DNA of 59,148 nt, counting the filler, from Candidatus Woesearchaeota archaeon (GTDB lineage: Archaea; Nanobdellota; Nanobdellia; Woesearchaeales; CG1-02-33-12), in the NCBI GenBank assembly GCA_018399355.1. It is 5 parts of 5 records of this genome, joined end to end, with 100 filler letters (N's around TTAATTAATTAA, not from the genome) between each part and the next. Parts side by side here need not be neighbours in the genome. Positions count along the whole stretch, not along the records: positions 29,016 to 30,492 come from JAGYOA010000084.1; positions 30,593 to 32,020 come from JAGYOA010000085.1; positions 32,121 to 59,148 come from JAGYOA010000009.1; 2 more parts are not named here. One strand, 5' to 3'. The notes below the pieces were generated by a model. The model ran no database searches, was not told where the DNA came from, and saw only the letters and a list, made by a program, of their open reading frames with translations. Below, piece by piece: positions 28,916-36,684 of the stretch (the stretch's first letter is position 1; each line of letters starts with the position of its first letter). Both the position numbers and the translations under genes were made by a program.

Positions 28916-29015
28916 NNNNNNNNNNNNNNNNNNNNNNNNNNNNNNNNNNNNNNNNNNNNTTAATTAATTAANNNNNNNNNNNNNNNNNNNNNNNNNNNNN
29001 NNNNNNNNNNNNNNN
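28916..29015. other. artificial contig linker
   Basis: N-run with a central TTAATTAATTAA. Confidence 0.98.
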
Positions 29016-29172
29016 TTTTATTATTCAAATACATGAAAATAGCGAGGCCAATTAAACCAAGAATTAAAATTGATACAAAGAAAACTAAAAGAACATTTCC
29101 AACAGATCCTAAGCCAATATCAAAACCTCCAAACATTCCTCCTAAACTCATATCTTCTGGATTAAGTGCCAT
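29016..29172 (-). CDS. N-terminal part of the same two-TM protein (variant allele)
   Basis: MALNPEDMSLGG...NVLLVFFVSILILGLIGLAIFMYLNNK; 83-nt overlap with the end of contig B. Confidence 0.75.
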
Positions 29173-29360
29173 TATTTCTTAACCTCTCTTCTTTTATCTA
29201 AAATAGGATTTAAATATCCAAGATAAATTGCCCCAAACATAATAAAAAGAATATAACCAAAAGCAATATTAGGATTAAATGAGGCAATGAATAATCCAAA
29301 ACCATATAAAAATAAAAGTTGGAGATCAATTGATCTTAAATAAAAATCTGGAAATTTCAT
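29172..29360 (-). CDS. small two-TM hypothetical protein
   Basis: GGAGG SD; translationally coupled to both neighbours. Confidence 0.65.
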   Translation of the reverse strand: MKFPDFYLRSIDLQLLFLYGFGLFIASFNPNIAFGYILFIMFGAIYLGYLNPILDKRREVKK

Positions 29361-29500
29361 TCTTGATCCTCCACTTTTTCAACATGGCCACAATTTCTAC
29401 AAACTAATTCTTGATCTTTAATCCTTATATAAGTAAAAGAAGATCCACACTTCTTACATCGTCGGTTTCGGATTTTATTCTCACTCTCTTTTTGATCCAT
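29357..29500 (-). CDS. 47-aa zinc-ribbon protein (CxxC-x15-CxxC), not in the ORF track
   Basis: Hand translation MDQKESENKIRNRRCKKCGSSFTYIRIKDQELVCRNCGHVEKVEDQE; ATGA overlap with the next gene; TTTATAAA upstream. Confidence 0.75.
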   Translation of the reverse strand: MDQKESENKIRNRRCKKCGSSFTYIRIKDQELVCRNCGHVEKVEDQE

Positions 29501-29543
29501 TTTAAATACACACACTCTATATTTATAAATGTTTTGTTAAATT

Positions 29544-29819
29544 TTAATTTATATTATAGGTTTCATTCGTCTGGCCAATAGCGTTCTTTAACTTATCTGT
29601 CATTTGTTTTGCAATTGGCATCATTCTCTTTTCCATTCCATCCACAACTGCTTGTGCTTTTTCTCTTGCTTTCTCCTCGAAGTGCAACCTCCAACAATTG
29701 AAATGAAAATATCTCATGTCTGTTGTTTCCTTTCCTTGATGCGTTCCTAAGGTAACATATAAATCTTGATCAACATTTATCAATTCTTTACATCTTTCAC
29801 ATATTGCTTGTTTTTCCAT
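29544..29819 (-). CDS. small zinc-finger protein (CxxC...HxxC)
   Basis: CERC...YFHFNCW; GGAGG SD. Confidence 0.72.
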   Translation of the reverse strand: MEKQAICERCKELINVDQDLYVTLGTHQGKETTDMRYFHFNCWRLHFEEKAREKAQAVVDGMEKRMMPIAKQMTDKLKNAIGQTNETYNIN

Positions 29820-29909
29820 TTTCTTTTTTTTGCCTCCTCCTTTATTACAATTATTGTATTTTTATGGATTCTTGCATTCTCTTTTTTTAACCATTCTTTT
29901 TTTGCCATC

Positions 29910-30080
29910 TTAAAAAAAACTTATTATTTTCCACATCCCTAATCCAGATAAAACAACAAGGATCAATTTATCATACCATGTTTCAAAATACCAAGATTGT
30001 CTTAGATTATAACCAAATTGCTTGACAAAACCTTTTTTATTGTATTCATTTATGCTTTTAATGTTCATTAATTCACTCAT
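29910..30080 (-). CDS. 56-aa protein with a C-terminal TM helix, not in the ORF track
   Basis: MSELMNIKSINEYNKKGFVKQFGYNLRQSWYFETWYDKLILVVLSGLGMWKIISFF; GGAGG SD. Confidence 0.6.
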   Translation of the reverse strand: MSELMNIKSINEYNKKGFVKQFGYNLRQSWYFETWYDKLILVVLSGLGMWKIISFF

Positions 30081-30214
30081 TTTTTTAACCTCCTTTTATT
30101 ATATCGGATAACTCTTGATAATTGATTTCTATTTCCACTTTCAAAACATTTTCTACATCTCCTTGCCCTCTCTGACTTAACTCCTCCACATTTACAAAAA
30201 GTTATTTTTTTCAT
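30077..30214 (-). CDS. 45-aa basic zinc-finger protein (CxC-x9-CxxC), not in the ORF track
   Basis: MKKITFCKCGGVKSERARRCRKCFESGNRNQLSRVIRYNKRRLKK; ATGA overlap. Confidence 0.62.
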   Translation of the reverse strand: MKKITFCKCGGVKSERARRCRKCFESGNRNQLSRVIRYNKRRLKK

Positions 30215-30492
30215 CTCAAACTCCCATTAATTGAAATTTAATATCTCTCAAGATCTTTTTTAGATTTGAATTTTCCTCTCTATACTTTAACAAGAGATCA
30301 ACTAATTCATCTTTTCTCATATCATAAAATTTTAGATTTTTTGATTTCATTCTCCATCAATTCCCTCCAAAAATACATTTAATATTTCTTTTTCATTTTC
30401 GGTTAATTTTATTCCTTTTTTCCATACTAAATTATGTAAAACCATTTCCAAATAAGTATTAAAAATATTATCTGACCCTTTTATATTTTGAA

Positions 30493-30592
30493 NNNNNNNN
30501 NNNNNNNNNNNNNNNNNNNNNNNNNNNNNNNNNNNNTTAATTAATTAANNNNNNNNNNNNNNNNNNNNNNNNNNNNNNNNNNNNNNNNNNNN
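30493..30592. other. artificial contig linker
   Basis: N-run with a central TTAATTAATTAA. Confidence 0.98.
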
Positions 30593-32020
30593 GGGAGAAT
30601 GATGCAACAACAAGAGACCCTTATGAGGGCTCTTATTCCCTTGATGCAGGAAAAAAATACGGTGCAGGCAACTGTGGAACTGGAGCTCAATACCACGAGA
30701 TGTTCAAGGACTACACTCTTGCAGAATCAGCATATGACATATCACTTTATGTGAAGTTCAGCAAAGACAATGCATACTTCGACCCAGACAGCCACGCATT
30801 ATACCTTGATGGTGTCCTTGTGGATGAGATAAACACAATAACTGATTCTTGGTACAAGCTTGAGACAACAGAGTACAACCACAGCGGAGGGGCATTAACA
30901 GTGAAGATAAGAACTGATTTTACAGTTGACGGCGCACTCGTAGGCGGAGGAAGTTTAAGCCAAGTTGACTACATTGTATTTGAGGGCTACATTACACTTG
31001 ACGGCGAGAACACAACAATAAACATCAACAGCACCTTTCTTGAGGATGAAAACCTTACTGCAACCTTTTCCAACAATGTGACGGACATATACAACTGGAA
31101 TTGGAGCAATGGGACTACTGAGGCGATAAGGTTCTTTGATGATGGTTCTTTGGTGGCATATTATCCTTTTGACAACAATGAGACTTATGATTATGCAGGA
31201 ACTAACGACGGAACGAGAAACGGAGGAGTTGCTCCTGCTGACGGACAGATAAATCAAAGTATGAGCTTTGACGGAGATAATGATTATGTTCAAGTTCTTG
31301 ACCCTCTTGTTTCAGGTTATCCTTTTTCTGCATTTGCTTGGGTAAAGTACGATGATGGCACGGGAAGGATATTGGATTTTGTTGATAAAGATTCAAATTC
31401 TCCATATTTTGATTTGCTTGTTAATAGTGAGGCCAATCCAGCAATTTCTTTTAATAATGTGACTGAAGCATCAGGCGATGCTGTTAGTTCTGTTTCAATA
31501 GACGATGGGGAATGGCATTATATAGGGTTTGTTGCTTCAAATTCTACTAATAGGGTTTTATATGTAGATGGCAATAATGAATATGAATCTACTGAAGATG
31601 TCAGTTGGAACAACGATGTGGATTCTTTCAATATTGGACGGCTTGGTCGCAGTTCAGATACATTGTATTTCAACGGCTCAATAGATGAAGTCCAGATATA
31701 CAACAGAAGCCTCACGGAGGATGAAGTAAAAGCCCTATACGAAGGCTCAAGACACCACTCAAATGGGAGTTATTCGACCTTGGATAGTTCATTGACAAGT
31801 ACAGGAGACACTTGGACTCTTGGGGTAACTCCTTACACAGAGCTTTTAAGTGGTGCTACTGCAACTGAAATGACATATATAGATGACGAGACAGCTCCAA
31901 CAATAACCCCAGACAGCATTGCAGACAATGAGACAATATCATATTCAGAGGACAACTTAACAGCGCAGATAAACATATCAGACGATTTTATATACCACAT
32001 AAACCTTTCAATAGATGGCA
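30593..32020 (+). CDS. internal fragment of a large surface or virion glycoprotein with a LamG/concanavalin-A-like domain
   Basis: Frame is open across the whole contig; LVAYYPFD, SMSFDGDNDYV, DGEWHYI, LYVDG, FNGSIDEVQIYNRSLTEDEVKALY; many N-x-S/T sequons. Confidence 0.85.
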
Positions 32021-32120
32021 NNNNNNNNNNNNNNNNNNNNNNNNNNNNNNNNNNNNNNNNNNNNTTAATTAATTAANNNNNNNNNNNNNNNNNNNNNNNN
32101 NNNNNNNNNNNNNNNNNNNN
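32021..32120. other. artificial contig linker
   Basis: N-run with a central TTAATTAATTAA. Confidence 0.98.
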
Positions 32121-32121
32121 T

Positions 32122-33150
32122 AAAAGAGAAATAAAAAATAAAAAAAGAGCTGTAAGAAAAGACAAATATAATAAGAGTTATGATCTTACAAGTATAGAGG
32201 ATGTCATTGGTGTGCTTGAATACTTAAATAAGGATTACTATATTTTCATTCAGAGAAATATCAACTCCTTGCCTAAAGACAAATATGAAAATGAAGTAAC
32301 ACCTAATTGGTTTTGGAAAAGGGCGGCAACTGCAAACGTTCCAAGAGTTACAGCAAAGAGATGCAAAGAACAGAATATTATCCTCCCAAACGAAGAAATA
32401 AAATCTCTTGAAAAGATAAGCTTATCAAACTACAGTTCTCTTTACAAAAGAGGGATAAGCTGGACAGGCATATCCGACAACAGCAAGAGAATAATTCCTA
32501 CAGTTTATTTAATACATGGATTCAAGCTTTATGCATTGATGAAAGAGAAAAAAGCAATGGTAAGGGTTAGAGATTATGGAAAAGAGTCATTAATTGAAGG
32601 AATTTTATCAAGAAGTGATCCTGAAAAAAGGAGGAATGTGACATTTAGGTCACTTCCAATAACAAAAGAAAATAAAGAATTCCTTGTTGAGGCATTTAAT
32701 CTTCAATCCCATAGCACCTCTCCTGGATGGGGCTACAGAACTATTGATGAAAAATACAAACCAAAGGAGATTATTTTTGGCCCAGAAGAGATAGCAGCTT
32801 ACATCTTTAGGGCAATGACAAAAACAACAACAAAAATACAAAGAGGCAAAACTGGAAAAAATCAGATAACAGAACATGCTCCTGAAATATTGATAAATCC
32901 TTTTCTTTCTCCTTCACCTCTCTTAATAAGGTTTTACAATAAGTTAACAGACAATACTATTGTTTACCATAAAAAGATAAAAGATGATGGGAGTATAAAA
33001 CATACAGATAAAAAACCAACATACTCACAGATTAATTCTATTCTTTTCCATTATATTGGAATAAAAGGCCCAAAAGCATGCTTTATAGAATCTGAAAACT
33101 TAAATGAGAACTTAATCAATTATGTAAGCAGTTATATAAATAAAAAATAA
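32122..33150 (+). CDS. hypothetical protein, 5'-truncated
   Basis: The frame of the 32212 ORF is open back to the contig start. Confidence 0.7.
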   Translation, partial: KREIKNKKRAVRKDKYNKSYDLTSIEDVIGVLEYLNKDYYIFIQRNINSLPKDKYENEVTPNWFWKRAATANVPRVTAKRCKEQNIILPNEEIKSLEKISLSNYSSLYKRGISWTGISDNSKRIIPTVYLIHGFKLYALMKEKKAMVRVRDYGKESLIEGILSRSDPEKRRNVTFRSLPITKENKEFLVEAFNLQSHSTSPGWGYRTIDEKYKPKEIIFGPEEIAAYIFRAMTKTTTKIQRGKTGKNQITEHAPEILINPFLSPSPLLIRFYNKLTDNTIVYHKKIKDDGSIKHTDKKPTYSQINSILFHYIGIKGPKACFIESENLNENLINYVSSYINKK

Positions 33151-33163
33151 AAAAACTCAACTA

Positions 33164-33433
33164 TCACTCCTCATCCTCGGGACTATAGCTAGGCACTGCT
33201 GCCTTGCTTATTATCATAACATCTCCTATTGATTTTACAAGCTGGTGAGGAACAATAACTCCCTTTGCTGAGCCAAGGATTTTGTTAAGAAATGAATTCT
33301 TTGTTGCTCTTACTCTCCAACCAAAAACCTTGTTTGTTGTTAAGATTGATTCCTCAACATCTCCAAAATAATCTCCAGAATCAGTAAAAACCTTCATCTC
33401 ATAACTTTCAGTTATTTTTTTCATCTTTAGCAT
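33164..33433 (-). CDS. PRC-barrel protein (CdpB-like cell-division factor)
   Basis: KVFTDSGDYFGDVEE...GVIVPHQLVKSIGDVMII; GGAGG SD. Confidence 0.85.
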   Translation of the reverse strand: MLKMKKITESYEMKVFTDSGDYFGDVEESILTTNKVFGWRVRATKNSFLNKILGSAKGVIVPHQLVKSIGDVMIISKAAVPSYSPEDEE

Positions 33434-33561
33434 ACTATCCCTCCAATAAAAATTATATAAACTTTAATGAATATTAACTATTTAAAGCTTTCGAAACTTC
33501 ATAACATTTATAAAAAAAAGATATTATCTTCTTTTTCATTGTAATAAAAAAGGTTAAAAAT

Positions 33562-33861
33562 ATGAAAATAGAACATAAGCATAACAAAAATAAAAATGAA
33601 TCTTACAATGCTCTTGACTGTTTCTTGAATGAGCTTCAGAAGCAGTACAAAGAATCTGTTGAAGGATATTCAAAAAAGTGGAATGATTCCAAAGATATTA
33701 TGGATTTCAGTGTTTCTGCAAAAGGATTTAATATATCAGGAAACATGCAGTTATATGACAATCTTGTTGTAATACAAGGAGAGCTGCCTTTTTTGGTTAG
33801 GCTTTATCAAAACCAGCTGGAATCAATGATTAAGCAAAAGTTAAAAGATATCTTAAAGTAA
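33562..33861 (+). CDS. polyhydroxyalkanoic-acid-system-family (PHA_gran_rgn-like) protein
   Basis: IEHKH...FSVSAKGFNISG...GELPFL pattern; 99 aa. Confidence 0.6.
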   Translation: MKIEHKHNKNKNESYNALDCFLNELQKQYKESVEGYSKKWNDSKDIMDFSVSAKGFNISGNMQLYDNLVVIQGELPFLVRLYQNQLESMIKQKLKDILK

Positions 33862-33915
33862 TTCTTGCTTTAAAACTTAGCAATCTTTATAAAAAAGTCA
33901 ATTATTGATATTTAA

Positions 33916-34641
33916 ATGAAATACAAAAATCTTGAGATTATCGGAACATCGCATATTGCAAAGCAGAGCATAGATAGTGTTAAAAAGGCAATAAAACAAC
34001 AAAATCCTGAGATAGTTGCTGTTGAGCTTGACAGAAACAGGTTGCAAGGGCTAATGAGCAGCCAAAAAAGGAAAATCAGCATTACAGACATAACAAAAAT
34101 TGGGCTTAAGGGATTTCTTTTCAGTTGGATAGGCTCTGTTATACAAAAAAAGCTTGGTGATTATGTGGGTGTGGCCCCTGGCTCTGAAATGAAGACAGCT
34201 GTAAATCTTGCAAAAAAGAACAATGCAAAGCTTGCTTTAATAGACCAGGATATTGAGATAACACTTAAAAGGTTTTCAAGTTCAATAACATGGAAAGAAA
34301 AGAGGAATTTTGTTGTTGATGTTTTCAAAGGATTAATCTTAAGGAAAAACGAGCTTGATGATTTGGGAATAAAAAAATTTGACTTAAGCAAGGTTCCTGA
34401 AAAACAAATAATTAAAAAAATGATTGAAAAGATGAGGGAAAGGTATCCTAATGTCTGCAGGACATTAATAGATGAAAGGAATATTGTAATGGCCAAAAGG
34501 CTTGCTATGCTTATTGAGCAAAACCCTGAAAAGAACATTGTTGCTGTTGTTGGAGCTGGCCATGAGGAAGAGATAATAAAACTAATAAAAAAATACACAA
34601 GCTCAAAAGTTGATTACAGCTTTACATTTAACTATTCTTAA
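33916..34641 (+). CDS. TraB/GumN-family protein
   Basis: IIGTSHI, VAVELD, PGSEM, LIDQDI, LIDERN, VVGAGH. Confidence 0.92.
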   Translation: MKYKNLEIIGTSHIAKQSIDSVKKAIKQQNPEIVAVELDRNRLQGLMSSQKRKISITDITKIGLKGFLFSWIGSVIQKKLGDYVGVAPGSEMKTAVNLAKKNNAKLALIDQDIEITLKRFSSSITWKEKRNFVVDVFKGLILRKNELDDLGIKKFDLSKVPEKQIIKKMIEKMRERYPNVCRTLIDERNIVMAKRLAMLIEQNPEKNIVAVVGAGHEEEIIKLIKKYTSSKVDYSFTFNYS

Positions 34642-34683
34642 AAACAAAATACTTAAATATCTACATTATTATTTATAAATAAA

Positions 34684-35445
34684 ATGAATGATTTTGTGGA
34701 TAAAATAAAGAGGTACTATTATTTTGATAGTGAGGAAATAAAAGGAATTATTTTCGCAACACTCATCATAGGATTTATAATATCCTTTAAATTCTGGGGG
34801 CCTGATAATAAATTTGATTTAATATATGGACTGAAAAACTTGTTCTATTCAATATTGATTGCATTTGTCGCAATAGTTGTGCATATATCAGCGCAAAAAA
34901 TATTCTCATTGCAGCTCGGCTTCAGAACCGAGTTCAAGACATTTTGGCCAGGGTTAATATTCGCTTTAATACTCTGTTTTGTTACAAGAGGCAGTATATG
35001 GTTTCTTGTTCCGGGAGGAATTGTCATTCATCACATGGCCCAGCACCGTTTGGGTTTTTTCAGATACGGGTTAAACTACTGGTCATTGGGAATGATATCA
35101 GCAATTGGGCCTTTGGCCAATGTAATCCTTGCAGCATTATTTGCGATAATCGCTTATGGAGGCGTTATAATCCCTCCTATGACTCCTATTTCCATAGCCA
35201 CACCTATAGGAAGAATGATAAGCGCTAATTTATGGATAGCAATATTTACCATGCTTCCAATTCCACCTTTAGACGGAAGCAATATCTTTTTTTCAAGCAG
35301 GCTGCTTTATGCATTTGCCTTTGGCTGTATAGTTGGATATTCATTATTGGTTTTGCTGCTCGGCTTTTACTCTTTAATATTTGTTTTACTGATGGGGGCA
35401 GTATTCTGGTTTATTACATACCAGATATTAGATAGGGCAGGATGA
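34684..35445 (+). CDS. site-2-protease (M50)-like membrane protein with a degenerate active site
   Basis: ISAIGPLAN and MLPIPPLDG motifs are present; the HExxH position reads HISAQ. Confidence 0.75.
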   Translation: MNDFVDKIKRYYYFDSEEIKGIIFATLIIGFIISFKFWGPDNKFDLIYGLKNLFYSILIAFVAIVVHISAQKIFSLQLGFRTEFKTFWPGLIFALILCFVTRGSIWFLVPGGIVIHHMAQHRLGFFRYGLNYWSLGMISAIGPLANVILAALFAIIAYGGVIIPPMTPISIATPIGRMISANLWIAIFTMLPIPPLDGSNIFFSSRLLYAFAFGCIVGYSLLVLLLGFYSLIFVLLMGAVFWFITYQILDRAG

Positions 35446-35783
35446 TGAAATCAAAAAAAGCTGTTTTGGACTTGATAAACTCGTGGGTTGATTATGTTGC
35501 AATTATAATGCTTATAGTCGGATTCATTTTTTCTGTCTCACTTGGCTCTGCTTTCATGAGCTATGTTGTTATATTCTTCTGCGGAATTTTCATAGGAAGA
35601 GTGTTATATTATCACAGAAATGCTTTTCCTTTCAAATATTATATTATCTCTTTAGTTTTTCTTGTTGGTTATTTGTTTGGAACATATTTTTCATTCGGAA
35701 GCCGGGAGGCAATAGTTATTATTTTTATTATAGCAACAATAATCAGCTATTATATTCATGACAAGAAGTACATCAAGAGCTGA
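35442..35783 (+). CDS. small four-TM membrane protein
   Basis: Hydrophobic; coupled to the upstream gene. Confidence 0.72.
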   Translation: MMKSKKAVLDLINSWVDYVAIIMLIVGFIFSVSLGSAFMSYVVIFFCGIFIGRVLYYHRNAFPFKYYIISLVFLVGYLFGTYFSFGSREAIVIIFIIATIISYYIHDKKYIKS

Positions 35784-35809
35784 TTATCAAAATTTTCTTG
35801 GGGTTTATT

Positions 35810-36661
35810 ATGAAAGAAATTATAATTAAAAACAAAAAAGATTTTGAAAAGAAATTAAGCAGGATAAAAAAAGAAGGCATAAAAAGCCTTCATGTTATTG
35901 CTGATTTTGACAAAACCATAACAAAAGCCAAAGTGAAAGGCCAGAAAACACACACAAGCATCGCACAGATAAGGGAAGGCAACTATCTTTCTGAAGAATA
36001 TGTAAAAAGGTCTTATGATTTATATGATAAATACCATCCATTTGAAACAAACAATTCTTTATCAAAAACACAGATAAACAAGAAAATGGTAGAGTGGTGG
36101 CAAGGCCACATAAACTTATTGGTGGAGCAAAGAATGAACAAGAAGGTTGTTGAGGATATTATCAAAAAAAAGTCAATAAAGCTTAGAAAGAATGCAGATA
36201 AGCTTTTCAGTGTTCTTGATGAGAAAAAAATACCTTTTCTGATATTCTCTGCAGGTGTAGGAGACATAATTAAAGGTTATTTAAACTCAGAGGGACTGCT
36301 TTACGAGAATGTTCACTTGATATCAAACTTTTTTGATTATAATGAATATGGATATGTAAAGGGTTATAAGTCAGATATCATCCATGTTTACAACAAGGAT
36401 GAGCTATCTTTGAAAAAAACGCCTTATTTTGAAAAAATTAAAAAAAGAAAAAATGTGATTCTTCTTGGCGATAACTTAGGCGATGCTGATATGGCCAATG
36501 AACTAATTCATGAAACAGTACTAAAGATAGGCTTCCTTAATGAAGACATTGAAAAAAACAAGAAGGCCTATGAAGAAAAGTTTGATGCTGTTATTCTTAA
36601 TGACGGACCTATGGATTTTGTTTTGTCTGTTATAAAAAGTATAAAGCAACAAACTATTTAA
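35810..36661 (+). CDS. pyrimidine 5'-nucleotidase (NT5C3/UMPH-1 family, HAD superfamily)
   Basis: LHVIADFDKTIT, MVEWW, LIFSAGVGDII, IIHVYNK, NVILLGDNLGDADMA, LKIGFLN. Confidence 0.88.
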   Translation: MKEIIIKNKKDFEKKLSRIKKEGIKSLHVIADFDKTITKAKVKGQKTHTSIAQIREGNYLSEEYVKRSYDLYDKYHPFETNNSLSKTQINKKMVEWWQGHINLLVEQRMNKKVVEDIIKKKSIKLRKNADKLFSVLDEKKIPFLIFSAGVGDIIKGYLNSEGLLYENVHLISNFFDYNEYGYVKGYKSDIIHVYNKDELSLKKTPYFEKIKKRKNVILLGDNLGDADMANELIHETVLKIGFLNEDIEKNKKAYEEKFDAVILNDGPMDFVLSVIKSIKQQTI

Positions 36662-36684
36662 ACAACCAGAGCTTCTTTTTTTCC

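Noticed and set aside
28833..29098. The near-identical 83-nt pair as a diversity-generating retroelement TR/VR
   Set aside because: The mismatches are not consistently at adenines of one copy, both copies sit at contig ends, the region encodes a TM helix, and no reverse transcriptase is present
27325..32120. Four regularly spaced identical TTAATTAATTAA motifs within N-runs, resembling a repeat array
   Set aside because: These are artificial 100-nt six-frame-stop linkers. Adjacency across them has no biological meaning, and ORF-track proteins ending in X...LIN are artefacts.
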